A DNA stretch of 64,000 nt from positions 18,241 through 82,240 of the forward strand of contig JBGSMV010000043.1 of assembly GCA_041739995.1 (NCBI GenBank), read 5' to 3'. Under the pieces are notes generated by a model. That model was not told where the DNA came from. It did not search any database and saw only the letters and a program-made list of their open reading frames with translations. The translations under genes and the position numbers were made by a program. Shown piece by piece: positions 25,803 through 34,491 of the stretch (positions within the stretch are counted from its first letter, which is position 1; every line of letters starts with the position of its first letter). Source of the DNA: Bdellovibrionota bacterium. GTDB lineage: Bacteria > Bdellovibrionota_C > UBA2361 > JBGSMV01.

Positions 25803-27128
25803 TTAAGATCTCCGTTGCACCTTATTCTGCGATTTCCTCAAAGCCTCAAGCGGCGCAATAAAATGCTGCTCCACTCCACGTTCGCTCGGATTATAGAAAG
25901 TCTGATCCGCAATCTCATCAGGGAGATACTGCTCGCCATACACCGTACCTTGGGCCGCATCATGCGGATATTGATAACCTTCACCGTATCCAAGTTCTCG
26001 CATGAGCGCCGTGGGCGCATTCCGAAGGTGAGCCGGCACCGATGTTTTTGGGCTGCGTTCAATCACGGCGCGCACTTGCTTCATTGCTTGATAGGACCGA
26101 TTAGATTTCGGCGCGCAGGCCAGATAGCAAATACACTGCGCAATCGGAATACTGCCTTCCGGCATGCCAATACGCTCGAATGCTTCGCTGGTCGAAACTG
26201 CAATTGTCAGTGCGCGCGGATCTGCGTTTCCGATATCCTCGCTGGCAAAAATTATCATGCGACGAATAACAAAACGGGGATCTTCTCCGGAATCTATCAT
26301 GCGGAATCCCCAATATAGGGCCGCATCAGGGTCGGAGCCGCGCAGACTCTTAATAAAGGCCGAGGCAATATTATAGTGCTCTTCGCCTCCACGATCATAA
26401 AAGCGCTTACCGTCCGTGCTCAGAAAATTCTCAAGCACCTCACGCGACAACGTTCCGCCTGACACCACCGCACCAGTCTGCACAAGGGCTTCTAGGGTAT
26501 TAAGCAACTGCCGCGCATCACCGCCACACAGCTGCGAAAGCAATGACTCGACCTCAGCACCCACAGAAACACCAAGCGCTTGAGCGGCACGCGTGAGAAT
26601 CTCGAACAGGGCTGGTACCCCGAGCTCAGGCAGCACCACTACGCGCGCGCGTGAGCGAATGGCATTCGTCAAATAAAAGGACGGGTTCTCAGTCGTGGCG
26701 CCAATTAAAATGAAAGTGCCGGCTTCGACGTGTGGAAGAAAAGCATCTTGCTGGGCTTTGGTAAGGCGGTGGATCTCATCTACAAAAAGAATCGTGGCCT
26801 TCACTTCCTTTTTTGCAGTGTTCGCTATCTCACGAATCTCTTTGACCCCCACCAGCACCGCCGAGACCTCGACGAAGACAGCGTCGAAACATTTTCCCAC
26901 AAGTCGCGCCAATGTGGTCTTTCCAGAACCGGGCGGCCCCCACAAAATCAATGACGGCGGCCTCCCTCGCCCAGAACGCAACTGTTCAATCAAGCGCTGA
27001 TCAAGGCCACTCAAGCCTTGAAAATCTTCCCAGGTTTGCGGACGCATACGCTCGGCAAGCGGCGCGTCGGCACGCGTTTGTCTTTTTGGCCGGTCCTCTG
27101 GGAATAGGTCTAACGTCTTATCTGTCAT
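25803..27128 (-). CDS. rarA: Replication-associated recombination protein A (AAA+ ATPase)
   Basis: 441 aa. It has Walker A LILWGPPGSGKTTLA and Walker B ILFVDEIHRL. The C-terminal MgsA-type helical domain includes YDRGGEEHYNIASAFIKSLRGSDPDAALYW. Confidence 0.9.
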   Translation of the reverse strand: MTDKTLDLFPEDRPKRQTRADAPLAERMRPQTWEDFQGLSGLDQRLIEQLRSGRGRPPSLILWGPPGSGKTTLARLVGKCFDAVFVEVSAVLVGVKEIREIANTAKKEVKATILFVDEIHRLTKAQQDAFLPHVEAGTFILIGATTENPSFYLTNAIRSRARVVVLPELGVPALFEILTRAAQALGVSVGAEVESLLSQLCGGDARQLLNTLEALVQTGAVVSGGTLSREVLENFLSTDGKRFYDRGGEEHYNIASAFIKSLRGSDPDAALYWGFRMIDSGEDPRFVIRRMIIFASEDIGNADPRALTIAVSTSEAFERIGMPEGSIPIAQCICYLACAPKSNRSYQAMKQVRAVIERSPKTSVPAHLRNAPTALMRELGYGEGYQYPHDAAQGTVYGEQYLPDEIADQTFYNPSERGVEQHFIAPLEALRKSQNKVQRRS

Positions 27129-27136
27129 GAACTTCT

Positions 27137-28537
27137 CTATGAGGGAGCAGAGAGCTCTTCAAGCATCTTTGAAGCATACAAGAACCCAAGTTCAAACTGT
27201 GAGAGCGCGAACGATTCATTTGGTGCATGCGCCTTATCGCTTTCAAGCGCAAAACCAACTAACAACGGCGTAGCTCCTGCCACATCGGCCAGTCGCTCGA
27301 CTACTGGAATCGAGCCGCCCTCCCAGGTGAATTGAGTCTTAGCGGATGAAAGTTGATCAAGAACCTTGCGTGCTCTTGAAATCAACGGGTCTGTGCTCGA
27401 AAGCGCAACGGCCCTCCCTCCGACGTGTTTTGAAATAACGCTGAACTCCAGGCCATCGGGCGCTTTCGAACGCAGAAAATCTTCGAGCAGCGTAAGGCAC
27501 CGCTCAGCGTTCTGATCACTCACCAAACGCGACGTGATCTTGCAGGTCGCAGTCGAAGGGATAATGGTCTTCCCTCCGGGACCCTGGTACCCAGAATAGA
27601 GTCCGTTTACCTCAATCGTTGGTCGCATCCCACGTCTTTCTGCCGGTGGAAGATTCACTTCTCCGCCTTTAGCTTCAACTCCAACCATGGCTTTAAATAC
27701 CTCAGCTGGCGGCCACGGGGCGTTGGCAAGAGCGCGGTCGTCTGAGGAGAACTCTTTCACTTCGTCGTAGTATCCAGGGACAAGAATGCGCCCATCGGGC
27801 CCATGCAAAGCAGCGATCAGTCGCGCCATTTCTGTGGCGGGGTTTCGCACCACTCCGCCCAAAGCTCCAGAATGAAGATCGTGATGCAACCCACCGAGTT
27901 TGACTTCAATCGAAACCAGACCTCTTAAGCCCATGGTGATAAAAGGCACACCTGGCATTAAAGCTCCCGTATCGCACACCATCAGAACATCGCTCTTCAA
28001 TTTCGGAGCCCACTCGACGAGCTTTTCTGATATTCCCTCGCTGCCACACTCCTCTTCACCTTCGAGAACGACAGTGACTCCACACCCAAGCTCCCCAAGC
28101 TTAATCAAGCGCTCCAGTGCTTTGAGAAAGTACATAGTCTGCCCCTTGTTGTCAGAAGAGCCGCGCGCATACAGCCGCCCTTCGCGAAGTTCTGGGGTAA
28201 AGGGAGCAGAGATCCAATCCTCTAGCGGGTCTACTGGCTGAACATCGTAGTGCCCGTAATAGAGCACTTGCGGCTTACCCTTGGGGGCGGGGATATTTCC
28301 GAACACCACTGGCTTCCCTGGTGTCTCCAGCAACTGAGCTTTCAGTCCAATCTTGGTCAGGTACTCAACCGTCCATTGAGCACAGTGCTCGCAATCTTTG
28401 GCATACGCTGGGTCTGTGCTTATGCTCGAAAACCCCAACCAAGCCTTCCAGTCGGCTAGAATCTCTTCAGTCTTGCTCTCAAAATATCCGCGAAGTTCTT
28501 CAACTGTGGCCATCTCTCTCCTGGGGGAATGGGACAA
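27137..28537 (-). CDS. M20-family dipeptidase/acylase
   Basis: 466 aa. Motifs are YGHYDVQP, ARGSSDNKG and EGEEECGS, which are typical metal-binding and catalytic motifs of the M20/M25/M40 family. Confidence 0.85.
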   Translation of the reverse strand: MSHSPRREMATVEELRGYFESKTEEILADWKAWLGFSSISTDPAYAKDCEHCAQWTVEYLTKIGLKAQLLETPGKPVVFGNIPAPKGKPQVLYYGHYDVQPVDPLEDWISAPFTPELREGRLYARGSSDNKGQTMYFLKALERLIKLGELGCGVTVVLEGEEECGSEGISEKLVEWAPKLKSDVLMVCDTGALMPGVPFITMGLRGLVSIEVKLGGLHHDLHSGALGGVVRNPATEMARLIAALHGPDGRILVPGYYDEVKEFSSDDRALANAPWPPAEVFKAMVGVEAKGGEVNLPPAERRGMRPTIEVNGLYSGYQGPGGKTIIPSTATCKITSRLVSDQNAERCLTLLEDFLRSKAPDGLEFSVISKHVGGRAVALSSTDPLISRARKVLDQLSSAKTQFTWEGGSIPVVERLADVAGATPLLVGFALESDKAHAPNESFALSQFELGFLYASKMLEELSAPS

Positions 28538-28901
28538 GTCTCCGTGACTGGTCTTGGTTGTAGTTTAGTAATTCTAACCCTACCTTTCAAAAAGTAAGAA
28601 CTATCGCTTGGGTTGAGGGAAGCAGCAGAGCAACTCTCAAGAGGCTCTCTAGCCCCTATGAGCCGGGAAAGGGAGAAAAAGTTCGGATAGAGTATCCCCG
28701 CCAGGCCGACCGACCTTGGCTCGATCCCAGGTCTTCCTGCGCCCAAACTTGCCCAGAAAATCGTACCAATTAATCCGAACGCCAGTTGCGCTCTCTAAGA
28801 ACCCCGTCTAAGAATCGATAGATAGTTTCACTGTCCGAGAGATTACCGACTTCCTTAATAGATGGCGCTTTGGATATACCGTCAGGTTATTTAGGCACTA
28901 T

Positions 28902-28936
28902 CTAACCGGATTCACGATTTGGCTAACCGGATTCAC
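28902..28936 (+). promoter_or_regulatory. Direct repeat CTAACCGGATTCAC x2 with 21-bp period upstream of pal
   Basis: Identical 14-mers lie at 28902-28915 and 28923-28936, ending 16 nt before the pal ATG (28952). Confidence 0.4.
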
Positions 28937-28951
28937 AACTTAGGTTTATTT

Positions 28952-29506
28952 ATGACCACCAGACTTCGCATCCCGTTCTATCTCACACTCGCCCGTCTCG
29001 TATTGGTATGTGCTGCCTGTGCGCTGCTCGTGACTGGATGTTCATCAAAGGGCAAGGGAGCAAAGGGTGCTGATGGCTCAGATCTCTCTGAAGCTGCATT
29101 GAACGCAGAGCGCGAGGGACGCTTTGGCGAAGGTGGCATTCCTAACGCTGAAGGGGAGAGCATGTTTAGAAACGTGCCATTTGGATTTGACTCAGCAGAG
29201 CTCGACTCATTCTCCCGCCAAAATGTAGAATTCAACGCTGAGATTCTTCGTGAGTACCCGAACTTAAGAATCGTACTCGAGGGGCATGCTGATGAACGCG
29301 GTACCGTAGAATACAACTTAGCACTTGGCGCAGAGCGTGCCCGATCCGTGCGTGAAGTACTCGTATCACTTGGCATCTCGCCCTCTCGCTTAGAAACAGT
29401 GAGCTATGGTGAAGAAGTTCCTCTCGACCCTGCACATGATGAAACTGCTTGGGAAAAAAACCGTCGCGTGCATTTCTCTGCATACAGCGATCAAGCTCGG
29501 CGATAG
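28952..29506 (+). CDS. pal: Peptidoglycan-associated lipoprotein (OmpA-like domain)
   Basis: ORF 28919..29506 with ATG at 28952. The lipobox is LLVTGC. The OmpA-like domain has LEGHADERGTVEYNLALGAERARSV and NRRVHF. Confidence 0.85.
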   Translation: MTTRLRIPFYLTLARLVLVCAACALLVTGCSSKGKGAKGADGSDLSEAALNAEREGRFGEGGIPNAEGESMFRNVPFGFDSAELDSFSRQNVEFNAEILREYPNLRIVLEGHADERGTVEYNLALGAERARSVREVLVSLGISPSRLETVSYGEEVPLDPAHDETAWEKNRRVHFSAYSDQARR

Positions 29507-29745
29507 CGCTACTCAAGTAGAGTCGAACCGACTAAGCGCTCTGCAGTAGTGTCCCGAGTCAGAAGTGAATTGCATAATAGAAAACCTGGTGGCTCGGGCC
29601 ACTAGGCATAGTTGTTTTGACTCCGGACTCCTGTCCTTCGTCAAACTCGCTCCAAGCTCCTTTCCCGCGACGAGCGGCGCCAAATCTAGTTCGCTTCGCG
29701 TACTTACGCTTTGCTCCAGTCCGCGGTCGGACATCCTGTCCTCTC

Positions 29746-29785
29746 CTATCACGGTCGTGAAAAGAGTTTTTAATGACCGTGATAG
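29746..29785. repeat. 11-bp perfect inverted repeat with 18-nt loop in the pal-dxs spacer
   Basis: CTATCACGGTC (29746-29756) pairs with GACCGTGATAG (29775-29785). Confidence 0.6.
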
Positions 29786-30048
29786 AAGGCTCAGAGCCGC
29801 AGCGTTCGGAGGATGCGGATCAACTCGTATCCAGGGTGAACCTGCGCGGTGATGCCCAAGAAGGGCCTCCCCCTTCCATCTATCGCATTTTCATGGGTGT
29901 TTCTGGCTGTTTGCCTCAAAAACGAGCCCCCGTTATACTTCGCTGGTTCTAGACCTCTAGGTCTAAATTTCATTAGCGAACGAGGAAATCGGGAAATACC
30001 TCCGTGAATGCAAAACCCCTCACCACTGCTTCAGGCGACACGTCGGCC

Positions 30049-32070
30049 ATGAATGGAGCTGCTCCTCGCACCCTGATTAACTCACTCGACCTCCCCAAAG
30101 GGCTCCGTAAACTCTCCATAGCGCAACTTGAGCAGGTCAGCCAAGAACTACGGGACGAACTAATCGACTGCATTTCAAACGCCGGTGGACATTTCGCCTC
30201 TAGTCTCGGCACCACAGAACTTTCCGTAGTCCTTCACCACCTTTTCGAGACTCCTAAAGATCGTCTTATCTGGGACGTCGGACATCAGGGCTATATCCAT
30301 AAGATGCTGACCGGCCGTCGCTCTCGGCTTAGCTCCATTCGAAAGCGTGGTGGAATTTCTGGATTCCTGAAACGTTCGGAATCCGAGTTCGACGTGTTTG
30401 GTGCCGGGCATGCCGGAACCAGCATCTCCGCAGCCGTTGGCATTAGCGCAGCTCTGCACGAACAAAAATCCGATGCATATACAGTTTCAGTTATTGGCGA
30501 CGGATCCATGACTGCCGGTATGGCATTCGAGGCTCTGAATCATGCCGGGTCTCTCGGACTGAAACGATTTATCGTGGTTCTCAACGACAACGAAATGTCG
30601 ATTTCACCCAATGTCGGCGCGCTTAGCTGGTTGTTTTCTACTGCGGTTACGTCGAAGACTTCGACCTTACTTCGCTCTCGCTTCAAGGATTTATTCAAGC
30701 AGGGCTACGTCCCGGAAGTTCTTTACAAGGCGATCGATCGCGCCGAAGAAGTTACCCAAGGGTTTTTCTCCAGTGCGTCGATGTTATTCGAAGCTTTTGG
30801 TTTTCGTTACATTGGTCCCGTTGATGGGCACAACGTGTCAGATCTTGTCACCGCGCTTGCTCGCGCAAAGGACCAGGACGTTCCTGTGCTGGTCCATGCC
30901 TATACCACCAAAGGCAAGGGTTACGAGCCCGCAGAACAAGACCCCATTACCTGGCACGGAGTGTCTCCTTTTGATCGCTCACGCGGTGAGTTCCACAGAC
31001 CCTCCGCTCCTCCGGTAAAAAAAATCCCCTCCTACACCCAAGTCTTCTCGGACACGCTTATCTCAATCGCCAAGGAACGATCCAATGTCGTTGCCATCAC
31101 TGCGGCCATGGCGGGCGGCACTGGGCTTGATAAATTTCAAAAGGAACTTCCTCAACAGTTCTATGACGTCGGTATCTGCGAACAACACGCGGTAACTTTT
31201 GCGGCTGGGCTTGCATGTGAAGGACAGCGCCCCGTCTGCGCTATCTATTCAACCTTTCTGCAACGCGGCTACGATCAAGTAGTCCATGACGTGTGCATTC
31301 AAAGTCTGCCGGTGGTGTTTGCCATGGATCGTGGTGGTGTCGTAGGAAATGACGGAGAGACGCATCAGGGCGTATTCGATATTGCTTTCCTCAGAACACT
31401 TCCCCACATCGTCTTAATGTCACCAAAAGATGAAAATGAGTTGCGACACATGCTCCACACCGCAACCTTGACTGATGGACCTGTTGGGCTGCGCTACCCT
31501 CGCGGTAATGGCTGTGGTGTGGCGCTTGATGAAACATTACAAAAACTTCCGATAGGAAAAGCAGAAGTCATGTCGCGCGGGTCTGAGGTGCTCTTTTTGT
31601 GCTATGGCCCACTTACCTATCGCGGTCTTGAAGCCGCTGCGCGCCTTCATGAAGAATACGGAATTTCAGCAACCGTAATAAATGCGCGCTTCGCAAAGCC
31701 GTTGGACGAGGAGCTCTTTTCAGAAGAGATTCCTCGGCATCGACTTGTTTGCACCCTGGAAGATCATGCGATTCAAGGCGGATTCGGGAGCGCGGTGTTA
31801 GAATTCGCGAACGACGCTCACCTGATACTTGATCAGCCAATCTTGCGATTTGGCGTGCGAGACGCTTACGTCACGCATGCCAGCCAAGATGAGCAGCACA
31901 CAATGAATGGCTACGACTGCGACACGATCGTACGTCTTGTAGGGCAAGCTCTCGGAGCTACTGGAAGAGCTTCGGGTCCACTTTCAATCGCGGAAACCTC
32001 TTCCTCCGACAAACGCGAGAATTTGGAACACGCCCACCGGGACTCTCCGCCGCTTGCTAAAGCAGTTTAG
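30049..32070 (+). CDS. dxs: 1-deoxy-D-xylulose-5-phosphate synthase
   Basis: The ORF opens at GTG 30004. ATG 30049 gives an N-terminus that aligns with known Dxs (TLINSLDLPKGLRKLS...GGHFASSLGTTEL). The TPP motif is GDGSMTAGMAFEALN. The protein has ~45 extra C-terminal residues. Confidence 0.9.
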   Translation: MNGAAPRTLINSLDLPKGLRKLSIAQLEQVSQELRDELIDCISNAGGHFASSLGTTELSVVLHHLFETPKDRLIWDVGHQGYIHKMLTGRRSRLSSIRKRGGISGFLKRSESEFDVFGAGHAGTSISAAVGISAALHEQKSDAYTVSVIGDGSMTAGMAFEALNHAGSLGLKRFIVVLNDNEMSISPNVGALSWLFSTAVTSKTSTLLRSRFKDLFKQGYVPEVLYKAIDRAEEVTQGFFSSASMLFEAFGFRYIGPVDGHNVSDLVTALARAKDQDVPVLVHAYTTKGKGYEPAEQDPITWHGVSPFDRSRGEFHRPSAPPVKKIPSYTQVFSDTLISIAKERSNVVAITAAMAGGTGLDKFQKELPQQFYDVGICEQHAVTFAAGLACEGQRPVCAIYSTFLQRGYDQVVHDVCIQSLPVVFAMDRGGVVGNDGETHQGVFDIAFLRTLPHIVLMSPKDENELRHMLHTATLTDGPVGLRYPRGNGCGVALDETLQKLPIGKAEVMSRGSEVLFLCYGPLTYRGLEAAARLHEEYGISATVINARFAKPLDEELFSEEIPRHRLVCTLEDHAIQGGFGSAVLEFANDAHLILDQPILRFGVRDAYVTHASQDEQHTMNGYDCDTIVRLVGQALGATGRASGPLSIAETSSSDKRENLEHAHRDSPPLAKAV

Positions 32071-32202
32071 TGGGCCTTACGTAATAATTCTCCCGAAAGC
32101 GTTCAACATTAGATATCTCTACGCGGTCGGATCTTGGGCTGGTAACAGTAGAGCGTGCTCGATCTCTCCGCCTCAACTCAATTCGCTCTTCGTCCAAGAA
32201 AA

Positions 32203-32676
32203 CTATTCTTCCTTTTTATTAATCTCAATCAGATGCTGACTTTGCTCAGTGTAGCTCGTGTGGCACTCATCAATCGTACGAGTCTTCTCCTCGCAGTATC
32301 GACGAAAACTTTCAAGCTCAGCCGAAGAGAAACCAACTCCACCGTTCCGTTTGTGTTCGTCGCTCTCTCGACGCAGTCTTCGCGCTAGTTCAGAGCGCGG
32401 AGCAAGCGGCGCCGTTATAATTTCCGAAGTTCCAATGTCCGTAGCTGCCTCGGAAGATGCCTCAGGAGATGCCATAGAAGGTTCCTGAGCAGTCGTCTCT
32501 GGACGCACCCGAATGACTCTCTTCGATTCTTCAACAGAGTTCTTGATAGTCCCCGTGCAAGGTAGATTCGTCCATTTGCCGTCACATTCGTGCAACTCTC
32601 CGTATGCAATGCTGGTCCCAAAAGCGGGAACAATCGTCAAAACGAAGAGCAACTTTCTTACGCACTGAATTTTCAT
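32203..32676 (-). CDS. Secreted protein of unknown function
   Basis: ORF 32203..32757. ATG 32676 is preceded by GGAGG (reverse complement of 32681-32687). The signal peptide is MKIQCVRKLLFVLTIVPAFGTSIAYG. The protein has 4 mature-region Cys and a charged helical C-terminus. Confidence 0.45.
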   Translation of the reverse strand: MKIQCVRKLLFVLTIVPAFGTSIAYGELHECDGKWTNLPCTGTIKNSVEESKRVIRVRPETTAQEPSMASPEASSEAATDIGTSEIITAPLAPRSELARRLRRESDEHKRNGGVGFSSAELESFRRYCEEKTRTIDECHTSYTEQSQHLIEINKKEE

Positions 32677-32988
32677 TGCACGCCTCCTATCCAAATTCCC
32701 TAGCTGATCCGCTGTAACCCACAGCGCTCTGCCAATGGTACTTATATCGAGCTGCACGAACCAGACAATCTTATGACCCTGAAGCCCAGGCGTTCAGAAT
32801 TGGGATCGCGGTTTTAGTAGAGCCTTTGAGATTCTTCGTGCTCAAGTTTCGCCTACTGGGATATAACCTTCAGGCTTAGCGTTGACGAACTTTTACACAT
32901 TCTGTCCCGGTGGCTTAAGCAGCTGGCTGTCATTAGCGGTAAAACCACAACCGCGTGCCAGATGCGGTTAGGGAACAAGAGAGGATCT

Positions 32989-33315
32989 ATGGATGCGCGT
33001 ACACTAAGGCGAAACTTCGTTATCAGCCTATTCATCGGCTTGCGAGTCTTATGGCCCATCTTGTCGGGCCTGCTGATGCTTATGGCCGCGCTCGGCAGTG
33101 TCATCGGTTGGCTTGAAGGTTGGAGAGTTTCAGAGGCGATCTATTTTACCCTAGTAACCAGCTTGACGGTTGGCTACGGCGATCTTGTTCCATCCATGTT
33201 GAGCACACGCTTGCTCGCCATTCTCATTGGGATCTGTGGAGTAATATTTTCTGCACTTTTAGCAGCAGTTGCTGTTAAGGCGTTCGTAGTAAACAAACCG
33301 GGAGGTGAATCGTGA
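32989..33315 (+). CDS. Minimal two-TM potassium channel
   Basis: ORF 32962..33315. ATG 32989 follows GAGAGGA. The architecture is TM1, pore helix, canonical selectivity filter TLVTSLTVGYGDLVP, then TM2. Only about 108 aa, with no cytoplasmic domain. Confidence 0.8.
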   Translation: MDARTLRRNFVISLFIGLRVLWPILSGLLMLMAALGSVIGWLEGWRVSEAIYFTLVTSLTVGYGDLVPSMLSTRLLAILIGICGVIFSALLAAVAVKAFVVNKPGGES

Positions 33316-33733
33316 AGCACTCCAGGGTATCACTTACAAGTCGGCTGGGTGTTTAGTATTCAAACGACCGCTCACAATCAAATGGCACCTTCTGGCGACG
33401 AAGTCATAGCGCTTGGGTGGATGCATAATAGGTCCGTAAATCCTGGTGCGGGTTACGTGCATTCTTCGGCAGACTCTTTGCGACCTTTTCCTACCTAGAT
33501 CCCAGACCAGAGACGGGCTCCCACGCACCTCATCCTGCGGCGAGCCTGTTGAACGATAGGACAGTGTCGAAAAAAAGGGCAGTACGGCGTGGAAATTTCG
33601 CTGCCATTCTAGGTAGTTAGCAATGGCGTGGTGCTTGCAATGAACAATTATCGGGGTGGCATGGAGCAATTTCGTAGTTGCTATGGATTATTCTCAGAGC
33701 ACCGCGCTGACTGTTGTTTAAGGTGTGTAGCGT

Positions 33734-34186
33734 ATGTCTTCTAAAGATACTGGCACTTTCTCTCTCGGACTACGAAGCTTACAGCTTCTAGTTGATAGTC
33801 TATTCGACGGCTGCGGCGGAGCTGATGCTCTTCAGTTGCTGGATCAGCTCGGCGATTTAAACCAGAAGGAACAACGATCGACTCTGGCACTCTTCTCGAA
33901 AGTGCTCTCACGACTAGTTGAGCACGGCGAACGGCTCAGTGACAAAGATGAGTCCGGCCTGCAAGATTTCGAAGAAGCACTTTACAAAGAACTTCTAAGC
34001 TCAATGCGAGAAGCTGAGCAGATTGATTCTGATACTGCTTCCAATATCGAAAATTCTGATATCTCTGGTTCTCGTCGTCCGATCCGCCGACTCAAATTAG
34101 TTGGCGCTAAAACAGACGTGCCTGCCGAGATCCTCCCGCTGGACCTTGACGCAGCAAGACGCCGTCGCGTAGCGCGCATTAACTAG
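33734..34186 (+). CDS. Hypothetical acidic protein with basic C-terminal tail
   Basis: 150-aa ORF with coding-like composition. I recognize no motif. Confidence 0.4.
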   Translation: MSSKDTGTFSLGLRSLQLLVDSLFDGCGGADALQLLDQLGDLNQKEQRSTLALFSKVLSRLVEHGERLSDKDESGLQDFEEALYKELLSSMREAEQIDSDTASNIENSDISGSRRPIRRLKLVGAKTDVPAEILPLDLDAARRRRVARIN

Positions 34187-34491
34187 AGCTCTATCCAATT
34201 CTGAGAAAAGAACTACTTCGGTGGGTGCTGAAGCTGGGTGAAATCCCCTCGCGCATCGAATATTTCACGAGCAATCGCATCCTCAGGTCGAGCAGTCAGG
34301 CCTTCAAGCCCTTGAGTATTGACGACATGCCTTGCCAGCAATTGCGCATCGCTTGGGCGCTTCGCATCCGAATGACCCACGAGCTCCTGCTTTCGTGGCG
34401 ACCAGATGCCATCTAGAGGCGCATTCTGTGAAAAGGAAGGCATGGGGAGAGTATGCAAAAGGTCGCGATAGATGGCAAACGAAACTCAATG

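Noticed and set aside
28670-28738. A tRNA-like element. It has GGCTCGATCCCAGG resembling a T-arm, and a possible 7-bp acceptor pairing (AGGGAGA/TCTTCCT).
   Set aside because: The T-loop starts with C instead of T. I could not build a D-arm or a 5-bp anticodon stem from the 38 intervening nt, where GGATAGAGTATCC forms a 3-nt-loop hairpin instead. There is no CCA or proper discriminator context. It is at most a decayed fragment. tRNAscan-SE or ARAGORN would settle it.
29831-29870. A TPP-riboswitch-like string GGGTGAACCTGCGCGGTGATGCCCAAGAAGGG upstream of dxs, which encodes a TPP-dependent enzyme.
   Set aside because: The CTGAGA element and the ACCC pairing partner are missing, and the pyrimidine-sensor helix cannot be drawn. 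The resemblance is limited to GAACCTG...ATGCC...GGG. An Infernal scan with the TPP model would be decisive.
31017-31024. An A8 homopolymer inside dxs as a possible phase-variation tract. Similar A7 or T7 runs occur in pal and waaA.
   Set aside because: The runs are short and encode ordinary Lys-Lys in essential genes. There is nothing to suggest programmed slippage.
33334-33669. A 111-aa minus-strand ORF in the 418-bp spacer after the K+ channel gene.
   Set aside because: It has a TTG start, no SD and an odd composition rich in His, Arg and Cys with no motif. It is probably non-coding. The spacer itself remains unexplained, but I saw no defined structure in it.
34213-34458. An 81-aa ORF downstream of the polytopic membrane protein.
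   Set aside because: It has a TTG start or an ATG without any SD, and no motif. It overlaps several other short frames. Evidence is insufficient to call a gene.
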